From Eubacteriaceae bacterium UBA6119 (GTDB taxonomy: Bacteria > Bacillota > Clostridia > Eubacteriales > UBA1433): a stretch of DNA of 64,000 nucleotides. The notes beneath the pieces were generated by a model that was given only the letters and a program-made list of their open reading frames with translations, searched no databases and was not told the origin of the DNA. The stretch is taken from NCBI GenBank assembly GCA_002423395.1, contig DIVZ01000007.1, positions 132,442 to 196,441 on the forward strand, given 5' to 3'. The position numbers and the translations under genes are program-made. Positions 18,562 through 27,741 of the stretch are shown here, one piece after another; the first letter of the stretch is position 1, and every line of letters starts with the position of its first letter.

Positions 18562-19878
18562 ATGGAAAAGGTTAAAAATTTCGCTTATAAATATAGATGG
18601 TACATATTCGGACTTTTCGTACTTATTCATATGTTTGCGTTTTTGAACAGAGTGTCGCTTGCAGCGGTAAAATCAAGCTTGGAGCAGACTTTTGGCATTA
18701 ACGCGTTTCAGTATTCCAATCTTTCAAGCGCATTTTTTTATACATACGCAATAATGCAGATACCGAGCGGAATACTTGCAGATACATTTGGAGCAAGAAA
18801 AACGTGTTTTATCGGCGGGATTGTAATGGCTGCAGGGACGGTGTTTTTTTCATTGTCATCAAGTTACAGTATGCTGTTTGTATCAAGGCTGTTAATAGGG
18901 TTGGGTTCAAGTGTAATATTTTTAGCTATTTTGAAAATTCAGGCGACATGGTTTGAGGAAAGACATTTTAGCAAACTTACGGGACTTACAAACATATTCG
19001 GATATTCGGGCGGCGCACTCGCACAGGGACCACTTGCTATAGTAATTGGAATTTTTACATGGAGAGCGACGTTTTTGGGGCTTGGAATATTAACAGCGGT
19101 TCTTTCAATCGTGTTATTTATTGTTGTACGAAACAGACCCGAGGATAAGGGATATGAGCCTATTGTTATTATAAAACAAGCAGCAGTGACAGAAAAAACA
19201 AGCATTCTTAAAACGCTTGCGGAGATAATAAAATGCAGATATATGTGGCCGCTTATGGTAATAAATTTCTTTATAATAGGCATTAATTTTTCAATGACAG
19301 CATGGGCGCTTCCGTATTTTAAGGATGTTTATAATTTAAGCGTAACACAAGCAGGAATGATAACATTTTTCTATCCTATTACAGCAGCTGTTTTTGGAAT
19401 AGTTTTAGGTTCGCTAAGCGATAAGATAGGACTTAGGAAAATTTTTACAGTATCCATGCTGTGCGTTATGTGCGTACTGTTTGCGATAATAGCGTTTGGC
19501 AGCGGAGGAAAGCCTTCAATAACAACAAGTATAACAGTTATTCTGCTCGTCGGGGGATTTCAGACTTTTACACTTTTACATTTCGGCATTGCAAAAGACT
19601 TAAATAATCCTAAATATTCGGGTATGTCAACATCTATTGCCAATGTATCTATGCATATAGGCAGTGCCATTGTGCCGCTTTTTGCCGGAGCGATTATCAG
19701 CAAGTACATGTCTGTTTTGGGAGCGCAGAGAGCATATCAGAAAGTATTTATTTTATTTTTAGTAATTGCAATAATATGTTTAATATTGAGCACTTTAATT
19801 ATTGAAACAAATTGCAAAAACAGATATTCCCAGATGCGGGAAGGCAAATTCAACAAAAGTGTTTTTAAATTGAAATAA
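18562..19878 (+). CDS. MFS transporter
   Basis: 438 aa, about 12 TM. 'GILADTFGARKT' loop 2-3 motif. Confidence 0.8.
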   Translation: MEKVKNFAYKYRWYIFGLFVLIHMFAFLNRVSLAAVKSSLEQTFGINAFQYSNLSSAFFYTYAIMQIPSGILADTFGARKTCFIGGIVMAAGTVFFSLSSSYSMLFVSRLLIGLGSSVIFLAILKIQATWFEERHFSKLTGLTNIFGYSGGALAQGPLAIVIGIFTWRATFLGLGILTAVLSIVLFIVVRNRPEDKGYEPIVIIKQAAVTEKTSILKTLAEIIKCRYMWPLMVINFFIIGINFSMTAWALPYFKDVYNLSVTQAGMITFFYPITAAVFGIVLGSLSDKIGLRKIFTVSMLCVMCVLFAIIAFGSGGKPSITTSITVILLVGGFQTFTLLHFGIAKDLNNPKYSGMSTSIANVSMHIGSAIVPLFAGAIISKYMSVLGAQRAYQKVFILFLVIAIICLILSTLIIETNCKNRYSQMREGKFNKSVFKLK

Positions 19879-19906
19879 AATTAGAGACGATAGGTATTTT
19901 TATTTT

Positions 19907-20281
19907 ATGGAAATTCAAAAAGTAAGCAGGAATAACATTGATATTGCAATTATTCAAAGTAATGAATTATTATTGTATGATATTGATTCTGCTTTGGATT
20001 TTATGGCTGCGGTAAACTATGAGACTGAGTGCAGAAATATAGCAATTAATAAAGAGTCACTAACAGAGGATTTTTTTAATTTAAGCAGCGGCTTGGCAGG
20101 ACAAATTTTGCAAAAGTTCGTGAATTATCATATAAAATTTGCGATTATTGGCGACTTGTCGAAATATACAAGCAAAGCCTTTAATGACTTCATGTATGAA
20201 TGCAACAACGGGAAAAGCATTTTTTTTGTACCCACAAAGCAAGAAGCGATTAAGAAATTAGCGGAAGCAAATAACACCTAG
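19907..20281 (+). CDS. DUF4180 domain protein
   Basis: 124 aa. The pattern '...ALDFMAAV...IAINKESLTEDFFNLSSGLAGQILQKFVNYHIKFAIIGD' matches my recollection of DUF4180. Confidence 0.55.
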   Translation: MEIQKVSRNNIDIAIIQSNELLLYDIDSALDFMAAVNYETECRNIAINKESLTEDFFNLSSGLAGQILQKFVNYHIKFAIIGDLSKYTSKAFNDFMYECNNGKSIFFVPTKQEAIKKLAEANNT

Positions 20282-21318
20282 TTAAGAAGATGCAAAATTT
20301 TAGGAATAAATATTATTAAACCGGCAGCCGCGGCGGCGATTGCAATAACTAATACGGCTCCTGCGGATATGTCTTTAGCTTTCTTTGCCATAGGGTTTAT
20401 TTGGGGAGTAACCAAATTTACTATTGTTTCCAAAGCGGTATTAATCATTTCCATTGAAATAACAAGACCGAACAATATTATGCAGGTAATCCATTCTTTA
20501 AGGCTTATTTTTAAAAATATTCCGACAAGGATTACAATCATCGCAATTATATAATGAATTATTATATTCCTTCCGCTTTCAAATGATATCTTGATGCCGT
20601 TAAAAGCGCAGCGAAAACTGTTTATCAAACTGCTATTATTTTGTGATTTTCGATTCATTTTTTTGTTATCACCTTTCAGATAAATTGAAGTGAGTTTTGT
20701 AAATCCAATTAAATAGGCAATTGACACCAAAAAGGCTGCCGCTATATCGCTTGTGTAATGAACGCCGAGATAAACTCTGCTTACGCCTATTAAAATTATA
20801 AGAATACTTAAAAATACGGTAGAGGCTATTTTTAATTTTTTCCTTATATCAGTCTGCCAAATAAGATAAATTATAAAACCGTAAAAAGCGGCGGAAGTCA
20901 TTGCGTGACCCGACGGGAAACTGTATCCGCTGACTTCAACTAAATATATATTACTCGGTCTTGGGCGGGCAAAAATTGTTTTTAGCAGCATATTTAATAC
21001 AGTTGTATTTATAAGATTTAAAATTATAAGAAAGCCGTATTTTTTTCCTCTGATAAAAATAAGAAGCAATATACAGAAAAATATAATAACTTCAGTGCTT
21101 GCCAGGCTTGTTATAGATTTAAATAACACAGTATTAGCAGGACTGATTATGTTTTGCATACCGTTATATATAAAACTGTCAAACGCAATTTTTTCCTTTC
21201 CCCACACATTTTCTGCTATTAAAGTAAATAAAACCAGGCACAATAACGCAAACAGCCAATCTTTATTAGCTATGATAAATTTTATCGTTTTATTAATTGG
21301 CTTAATTAAATATCGCAT
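20278..21318 (-). CDS. Fusion protein: PAP2 lipid phosphatase + diacylglycerol/undecaprenol kinase (DgkA) domain
   Basis: PAP2 motifs 'KTIFARPRP', 'PSGH' and 'SRVYLGVHYTSD' in the N-terminal 210 aa. DgkA motifs 'EMINTALETIVNLV' and 'AKDISAGAVLV' in the C-terminal 120 aa. Confidence 0.75.
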   Translation of the reverse strand: MRYLIKPINKTIKFIIANKDWLFALLCLVLFTLIAENVWGKEKIAFDSFIYNGMQNIISPANTVLFKSITSLASTEVIIFFCILLLIFIRGKKYGFLIILNLINTTVLNMLLKTIFARPRPSNIYLVEVSGYSFPSGHAMTSAAFYGFIIYLIWQTDIRKKLKIASTVFLSILIILIGVSRVYLGVHYTSDIAAAFLVSIAYLIGFTKLTSIYLKGDNKKMNRKSQNNSSLINSFRCAFNGIKISFESGRNIIIHYIIAMIVILVGIFLKISLKEWITCIILFGLVISMEMINTALETIVNLVTPQINPMAKKAKDISAGAVLVIAIAAAAAGLIIFIPKILHLLN

Positions 21319-21519
21319 AACAGTTTAATATATACTCTTTTTAGTATTTTTCAATTACTTATTTGTTAATCATTTTAATATTATTAAATATTCAGAGGTT
21401 ATTTATTACTTTATATATCTCATCTATTTTATCTCGGTTTTATTAAAAACGAGATGAGGCAGACGGATATGCGATGTAAACACCGAATATTACAAGGGCT
21501 CTTATGAGAAATTGATGTG

Positions 21520-22602
21520 TCATTTAGAATATTCTATACTCCAGTCTTCAATAATTTTGCTTAATTCAATTTTCTCGGTTTGTTTTTTTATGAGGCGCAT
21601 TTGATTTTTCATAATATTTAATTGATTATCATCATGAAGCAATTGCGCAAGTTCATCATATGTTTTTGAATTATTATTCCATATTACTTTTCCAATGCCG
21701 TTTTGCTCTACAAAACCGGCATTGACTATTTCATGGGCTATAGTCGGTTTTATAATGAATATCGGAAGTTGTAAACTTATCGCTTCAAATAAAGTAATGC
21801 CGCCCGGTTTTGAAATAAGGATATCGGACGAGCTCATAAGCTGAGAGACATTATCCGTATAGCCAAGAATTTTAATATTTTTATATTTGCGCATAAGGCT
21901 TTTATACAGGCTTTTATTATTACCGGTTATTACTGTAACATTTATTCCGCTCATCTTATTTAAGTGAAAAAGAATGTCTTTGCACTTAGGAATTAATCCG
22001 ATTCCTCCGCCCATTATTAATACGTTTTTATTTATCTCTTTAGCGCGGAAAAAATTCTGAGCTTTAAATTCCTGCCTTACAGGTATTCCGCTTATATAGA
22101 TATGTTCACTTTTAAAACCTTTTTTAACAAGAAAATCTTTTATTTCTTTGCATGCGACGAAATAGGCATCCGTGTTATCTGAAATCCACTGACTGTGATA
22201 TGTAATGTCTGTTATCAATGTAAACAAAGGCACGTTATTTAATTTATTTGACTCTTTATATATAGATACATATTTTGATGTAAGAGGCGATACGGAAATA
22301 ATCAAATCGGGAGAATAAATATTTATTAGCTTATCTATTTTTTTATTTGAAAAGTTTTTAAAAGGGTATGCGTTGATTTTATCGCTTATGTTAAACAATA
22401 AATTGAATAGTTTCGGCAGTTTGCATACAACGAAATTAAATGTTTTATAAATAACAGTATTTAAATTCGGCAAAGCAAATTCCAAAAAATCAACAATATC
22501 AATTATAGAATTTGGATAGGAGTCAGTGATTTCCTGCTTTACAGCTTCTGACGCACAAACGTGACCCATTCCAAATTGTCCGTTTAAGATTAAAACACGC
22601 AT
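21520..22602 (-). CDS. MGDG-synthase-like GT28 glycosyltransferase (diacylglycerol glycosyltransferase, UgtP-like)
   Basis: 'MRVLILNGQFGMGHVCASEAV' N-terminal MGDG_synth pattern and C-terminal 'ISKPGGITLFEA' GT-B motif. Confidence 0.75.
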   Translation of the reverse strand: MRVLILNGQFGMGHVCASEAVKQEITDSYPNSIIDIVDFLEFALPNLNTVIYKTFNFVVCKLPKLFNLLFNISDKINAYPFKNFSNKKIDKLINIYSPDLIISVSPLTSKYVSIYKESNKLNNVPLFTLITDITYHSQWISDNTDAYFVACKEIKDFLVKKGFKSEHIYISGIPVRQEFKAQNFFRAKEINKNVLIMGGGIGLIPKCKDILFHLNKMSGINVTVITGNNKSLYKSLMRKYKNIKILGYTDNVSQLMSSSDILISKPGGITLFEAISLQLPIFIIKPTIAHEIVNAGFVEQNGIGKVIWNNNSKTYDELAQLLHDDNQLNIMKNQMRLIKKQTEKIELSKIIEDWSIEYSK

Positions 22603-22810
22603 TGCTGCTCCTTGTAAAATAAATGTTAAATTTATGTGAAATTTATTATACCATTTATAAATTAAATAAGAAATTTATTTTTAGAATAATGAATATCTGA
22701 AATAAATGATTATATTCTGTAAAGGTTTAATTTTTTTTAAACATCAATATTGACATATAGTATAAAAAGATATATTTTAAAATAAAGTCGTTAATTAAAG
22801 GAGAGCAAAT

Positions 22811-23590
22811 ATGGAGATGAATTTCAAAGGAAAAAATGTTGTTATCACAGGCGGAAACGCGGGTATCGGATTAGCGGCGGCAAAGCTGTTTGCAAAATGC
22901 GGAGCTAATGTCGCGGTATGCGCAAGAAGAGAAGACAAGCTTGCAAAAGCTGTTGATGAAATAAAAGAGTTCGGCACAGTAGTATACGGTGAAGTTTGCG
23001 ATGTAGGTAAAAGCGAACAGCTTTTCAGATTTGCCGATAATGTAGAGAAAGCTTTGGGCGTAATTGACGTATGGGTAAGCAACGCAGGGCTTGCAAAAGC
23101 CGCAAAAATTGCTGACACGTCTGAAGAAAGCTGGGACGAACAGTTTAATGTGAATTTGAAATCAGTTTTTATAGGCGCAAAAATAGCAAAAGATAAAATG
23201 AAGAACGGCGGCGTACTTATAAACGCGTCTTCATTCGCCGCCCTTATGCCTTCGGTTAATACCGGAGTTTACGCCGCAACTAAAGCGGCAATAAGCAGCC
23301 TTACCAGAACTCTCGCATCAGAGCTGGCGCCAAATAAAATACGCGTTGTAGGCTATATTCCCGGCGTTATAGATACTGATATTAATGCGCAAAGAATAGA
23401 GAATGAATGCGATAGTCTGCTTGAATCAATTTCGATGAGGCAGTTCGGCACGGCTGAAGATGTAGCTAACGGCATAGTATTTTTAGCGTCTGAATACGCT
23501 TCTTATATAAGCGGTTCATGTCTTGAAATTCACGGAGGAAAATATTCAACTCAAAACCCGATAGCCGCCTGGAACATCAAGAAGGAGTAA
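22811..23590 (+). CDS. SDR-family oxidoreductase
   Basis: 'VVITGGNAGIGLA' (TGxxxGIG), 'NAG' and the catalytic 'YAATKAA'. Confidence 0.85.
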   Translation: MEMNFKGKNVVITGGNAGIGLAAAKLFAKCGANVAVCARREDKLAKAVDEIKEFGTVVYGEVCDVGKSEQLFRFADNVEKALGVIDVWVSNAGLAKAAKIADTSEESWDEQFNVNLKSVFIGAKIAKDKMKNGGVLINASSFAALMPSVNTGVYAATKAAISSLTRTLASELAPNKIRVVGYIPGVIDTDINAQRIENECDSLLESISMRQFGTAEDVANGIVFLASEYASYISGSCLEIHGGKYSTQNPIAAWNIKKE

Positions 23591-23592
23591 TT

Positions 23593-23937
23593 ATGAAAGA
23601 AGACAAACACCTTTATATTTTGTGGACAAACGCGGACGTTCTTACTTCAAAACATATGGTTATGATGTACGCAACTAACGCTATGCTGCGTAAATGGTGG
23701 GATAATGTCACAGTAATTATTTGGGGTGCCACAGCTAAACTTGTCTCTGAGGACGAAGACATACAGTCGAGCATAAAAATGGCGATGCAGGCGGGAGTTG
23801 AATTTACCGCATGCGTTGCTTGCGCGAACAATCTGGAAGTTAAGGAAGACTTGGAAAAGCTGAATATTGAAGTAATGCCTTGGGGGATGGGGCTTACCGA
23901 GATTCTACAAAATAATCAAAAGCTGATTACAATATAA
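23593..23937 (+). CDS. DsrE/DsrF-like family protein
   Basis: 114 aa, starts 2 nt after the SDR stop. Pattern 'LYILWTN...MVMMYATNA...VTVIIWG...LV...ACVACA' resembles the DsrE-fold family. Confidence 0.5.
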   Translation: MKEDKHLYILWTNADVLTSKHMVMMYATNAMLRKWWDNVTVIIWGATAKLVSEDEDIQSSIKMAMQAGVEFTACVACANNLEVKEDLEKLNIEVMPWGMGLTEILQNNQKLITI

Positions 23938-23976
23938 ACTAATAAATAAAAAAAGCACTGTTAAGTGCTTTTTTTA

Positions 23977-24020
23977 TTGACAACATAAGTATATTGTATA
24001 TAATGAATATATACAATATA
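23977..24020 (+). promoter_or_regulatory. Promoter with overlapping 13-bp perfect palindrome (probable YtrA-type GntR operator)
   Basis: TTGACA (23977-82), 16 nt, TATAAT (23999-24004). Inverted repeat TATATTGTATATA (23990-24002) / TATATACAATATA (24008-20). Confidence 0.55.
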
Positions 24021-24031
24021 AGAGGTATTAT

Positions 24032-24406
24032 GTGAATATCATTATAAGCAATTCAAGCAATCAGCCGATTTATGAACAGATAAGCTCACAGATAAAAAAT
24101 AAGATAATATCTGGAGAACTTAAGCAAGGAGACGCGCTGCCTTCAATGCGGCTGCTTGCGAAAGAACTCCGCATAAGCGTTATAACCACGAAACGCGCAT
24201 ACGAAGATTTGGAACGTGATGGGTTTATAACATCAATTACGGGCAAAGGAAGCTATGTAGAAGGGAAAAACCTTGATTTTGTAAAAGAAGAGCATCTTAG
24301 AAATATTGAGTCTTTGATGCAAAAGGTAACGGAATTATCTAATTTATGCGGCATTAGTTTAGATGAACTTATTGAAATGCTTACTTTGATATACGAGGAG
24401 AAATAG
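24032..24406 (+). CDS. GntR-family transcriptional regulator, YtrA subfamily
   Basis: 124 aa, GTG start. 'PIYEQI...I..G.LK.GD.LPSMR.LA..L.IS..T..RAY..LE..G'. Confidence 0.8.
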   Translation: MNIIISNSSNQPIYEQISSQIKNKIISGELKQGDALPSMRLLAKELRISVITTKRAYEDLERDGFITSITGKGSYVEGKNLDFVKEEHLRNIESLMQKVTELSNLCGISLDELIEMLTLIYEEK

Positions 24407-24408
24407 AT

Positions 24409-25251
24409 ATGGAGAACGCACTTGAGATAAAAGGTCTTAAAAAAGCATATGGCAGATTTGTTCTTGACGGCATAAATCTGACATTACCGCAAGGTTGCAT
24501 TATGGGCCTTATAGGCGAAAACGGAGCGGGTAAAAGCACTACAATAAAATTAATATTAGGTCTTATTAAGAAAAGCGGCGGAGAGATAAGAATACTTGGA
24601 AGCACGATTGATAATGATGAGGAGAGTATAAAAGAGCATATAGGCGCAGTAATAGACGAGAGCTGTTTTCCTGATAATGTATGCATAAACGATATTAATA
24701 TGATTTTAAAAAATATATATAGAACATGGGATGAGCAGAAATTTTTATATTATGCCGATAAATTTTCACTGCCGGTAAAAGAAGCCGTTAAAAATTATTC
24801 AAGAGGCATGAAAATGAAACTCTCGATAGCCGTGGCGCTTAGTCATGACAGTAAACTGCTTATACTTGACGAAGCGACAAGCGGACTGGACCCGATTATA
24901 CGCGATGAGATTTTAGACGTATTTTTAGATTTTATACAGGATGAGACGCACAGCATTTTTATGTCATCCCATATAATAAGCGACCTTGAGAAAGTATGCG
25001 ATTATATTACATTCATTCACGAGGGTAAAATTATTTTCTGCGAGGCTAAAGACGAGCTTAAAGAAAAATTCGGCATTTTAAAATGTTCCGAAGATGAATT
25101 TTTAAATATTGATAAAAGCATTATAAAAGGTTACAGAAAAAACAGTTTCGGCGTTGAAGCTCTTGTGTATAAAGATAAGATAAAAAAAGATTACACAATA
25201 GACAATGCATCTATTGAAGATATAATGCTTTATTATATAAAGGAGCAGTAA
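24409..25251 (+). CDS. ABC transporter ATP-binding protein
   Basis: Walker A 'GENGAGKST', signature 'YSRGMKMKL', Walker B 'LLILDEATSGLD'. Confidence 0.85.
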   Translation: MENALEIKGLKKAYGRFVLDGINLTLPQGCIMGLIGENGAGKSTTIKLILGLIKKSGGEIRILGSTIDNDEESIKEHIGAVIDESCFPDNVCINDINMILKNIYRTWDEQKFLYYADKFSLPVKEAVKNYSRGMKMKLSIAVALSHDSKLLILDEATSGLDPIIRDEILDVFLDFIQDETHSIFMSSHIISDLEKVCDYITFIHEGKIIFCEAKDELKEKFGILKCSEDEFLNIDKSIIKGYRKNSFGVEALVYKDKIKKDYTIDNASIEDIMLYYIKEQ

Positions 25252-25252
25252 T

Positions 25253-25861
25253 ATGAAAGGACTTTTATTAAAAGATCTTGTTAACTTAAAACAACAGACA
25301 AAAATATATATTATTGTCATCGCCATATGGCTGGCAATAGCGCTTACGAGCCAAGACGGGTCGTTTTTGGGTGGAATGATTTGCGTTTTATCCGTCATGC
25401 TGCCGATAACCACTCTCTCATATGACGAGAAGGCTAAATGGGATAAGTACGCGCTTTCAATGCCTGTGTCAAGAAAACAGGTTGTAGTAAGCAAATATAT
25501 ACTTGCTTTGGCGCTGTCGTTTACAGGTTGTTTAATTTCGTTTGCGTTTAATTTATTCATAACAAAAGATGCAAACCAAAGTATGCTTATGTCGTTAATG
25601 TTTTGGGCGTTTTCAATAGTCGCTTTTTCCGTGATACTGCCTTTGATTTATAAATTAGGCGTAGAAAAAGGAAGGGCAATGATTTTAGTAGTTTTCTTAG
25701 CTCCTACTGTACTGGTTATACTTTTAAGTAAGCTTAACATACCGCTACCAAGCAAAGAATTTTTATATAATATAAAATTTGTTATTCCTGTGTTTATAAT
25801 TGCAGCGCTAATATTGTCGTGTTATGTTTCAATAAAAATATTTACAAATAAAGATTTGTAG
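25253..25861 (+). CDS. ABC-2 type transporter permease
   Basis: 202 aa, 6 TM, 'MKGLLLKDL' start typical of YtrA-operon ABC-2 permeases. Translationally coupled to the ATPase. Confidence 0.65.
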   Translation: MKGLLLKDLVNLKQQTKIYIIVIAIWLAIALTSQDGSFLGGMICVLSVMLPITTLSYDEKAKWDKYALSMPVSRKQVVVSKYILALALSFTGCLISFAFNLFITKDANQSMLMSLMFWAFSIVAFSVILPLIYKLGVEKGRAMILVVFLAPTVLVILLSKLNIPLPSKEFLYNIKFVIPVFIIAALILSCYVSIKIFTNKDL

Positions 25862-25901
25862 GCAAGAAAAAACAAGAAATTTAAATATTAGTAAAACTAA
25901 A

Positions 25902-25935
25902 ACAGAAGCATATTAAAAATATGCTTCTGTTTTTA
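25902..25935. terminator. Intrinsic terminator between convergent genes
   Basis: ACAGAAGCATAT-TAAAA-ATATGCTTCTGT followed by TTTTT. Confidence 0.7.
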
Positions 25936-25950
25936 TAGTTTTTATTTAAG

Positions 25951-26898
25951 TTAATACTTTTGTTCGTGATTAAACTTATTCTGCATGTCATCGTATCTGC
26001 CGTCAAGGAATGCCTGAAGGTTATTTTTCAAAATTTCATAAGCTTTTACTATGTAGTTGGTATTATGTCCGCTCATGTGAGGCGTTATTATAATGTTATC
26101 CAATTTCCAGAATTTGTGATCCGGCGCCAGCGGCTCGGTATCAAATACGTCTACTATATAGCGTTTAAACATTTTATTCTTTAAAGCTTCATATATGTCA
26201 TCTTCATTAGTGGTGCCGCTTCTTCCCATATTAATCATGCAAGCTGTGGGTTTTAACATTTGCAGATACTTTTTATCAATGATGTGTTTTGTGGATTCGG
26301 TAAGCGCTAGCAGATTTACTATGTAGTCACATGTTTTAAAAATGATTTCCAAATCCTCAAGTCCGTATACCGCGGAAACATTCTCAACGGGTTCTACTGT
26401 TCGTTTTATTCCGATAACTTCCATTCCAAGGGCGGATGCCTTCTTTGCAACTTCTTTGCCAATAGCGCCCAGCCCTAAAATGCCGAGGCGTTTTTTACTT
26501 ATTTGGTCTTGCGGGTATAACTGCCATGTTTGAGTAAGCTGGTTTTGCATAACCTTGTCGATGTTACGCGCATCAATTATCATCATAGCTATTGCATATT
26601 CAGACATATGCTCGGGATGTATGCCTCTTCCGGTTGTGAGAATGACACCGCGTTCTTTAATATCGTTTAAGGGCAGCTTTTCGACTCCCGCCATAAAGCA
26701 GCTGATATATTTAAGCTTTGTACATTGAGCAAACACATCGCTTGTAATGAATCTTCCTGCATAGATGTCTGCGTCAAGCACCTGCGTGTTAAATTCCTGC
26801 TGATTGGCAGGATAGACTACTTCGCATTGAGGGAAGTCTTCTTTGAGGCGATACAGAATATCGGCATTCGGCATTTCGGAATATACGGCTATTTTCAT
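25951..26898 (-). CDS. D-isomer-specific 2-hydroxyacid dehydrogenase
   Basis: NAD site 'LGILGLGAIGKEVAKKA'. 'NMGRSG' and 'ITPHMSG' catalytic His region. Confidence 0.8.
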   Translation of the reverse strand: MKIAVYSEMPNADILYRLKEDFPQCEVVYPANQQEFNTQVLDADIYAGRFITSDVFAQCTKLKYISCFMAGVEKLPLNDIKERGVILTTGRGIHPEHMSEYAIAMMIIDARNIDKVMQNQLTQTWQLYPQDQISKKRLGILGLGAIGKEVAKKASALGMEVIGIKRTVEPVENVSAVYGLEDLEIIFKTCDYIVNLLALTESTKHIIDKKYLQMLKPTACMINMGRSGTTNEDDIYEALKNKMFKRYIVDVFDTEPLAPDHKFWKLDNIIITPHMSGHNTNYIVKAYEILKNNLQAFLDGRYDDMQNKFNHEQKY

Positions 26899-26993
26899 TT
26901 CTTTCCTCCTTTAATGTTATAGATTTATTTAAAATATTTTTGTTGATTGAAGGTATTATATACAAGTACAAACAATAACCTATTTACAGTATA

Positions 26994-27605
26994 TTATAAT
27001 GAGGAAATTATATCAGTATATTTTTTAACTTTATCTTTGTTTAATAGTCCGCTCTGAATGTTTTTATTAAGATAATTATTTATATTTTCAGACGGGCTTA
27101 ATTTGTATATTTGTATTAATATATTAAAAATATCACAAAGCAGCAGTGATTTTTGGGTATCTTTATAGTTGTTAATATCTACAGACATTAAAGCGTCCGC
27201 TGTTTCTTTTGCAAGTTCAGGTTTATACGATATCCAATCAGCAACGCTTTGAATAGTTTGTCGGGAGGTGATGAATTTTTCATCCGAGAAGTGTTTAAAA
27301 TAGTCGTTATAAACAGCGTTAAATAAATTATCTTTATCCCATTTAATATTTCTGGCGATAAGCATAATGCCTATGCTCCGCTGATATGAATTATCATCAC
27401 GTAATTTAGCGATAAAATCATTAAAATACGGATACACATCATCATGAAGTTCACTTCTTATAAGAAGCGTTTTAAAAGCGACATACCGCATATCATCATT
27501 TTTATCTGCCAATACGGATACTAAAAATTCAATATCATTTTCCGATAAGTTTAATGCAAACTCTTCTTCATTGTTTTTATAAGTTAATAAAGTCTGAACA
27601 TCCAT
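26994..27605 (-). CDS. Hypothetical all-helical (HEAT/ARM-like) protein
   Basis: A clean ORF with its own SD (GGAGA). Only a loose HEAT-like repeat impression. Confidence 0.35.
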   Translation of the reverse strand: MDVQTLLTYKNNEEEFALNLSENDIEFLVSVLADKNDDMRYVAFKTLLIRSELHDDVYPYFNDFIAKLRDDNSYQRSIGIMLIARNIKWDKDNLFNAVYNDYFKHFSDEKFITSRQTIQSVADWISYKPELAKETADALMSVDINNYKDTQKSLLLCDIFNILIQIYKLSPSENINNYLNKNIQSGLLNKDKVKKYTDIISSL

Positions 27606-27741
27606 ATCAATAATCTCCTATAATAATAATTATATTATAAGTATTTTTATTTGCAATAATTTTAAAAAAACGTTGTACATACGCATACAAGTGTCTTATA
27701 ATAAACACATGTTAAATTTTTGATAATAGGAAGGTCGTAAA

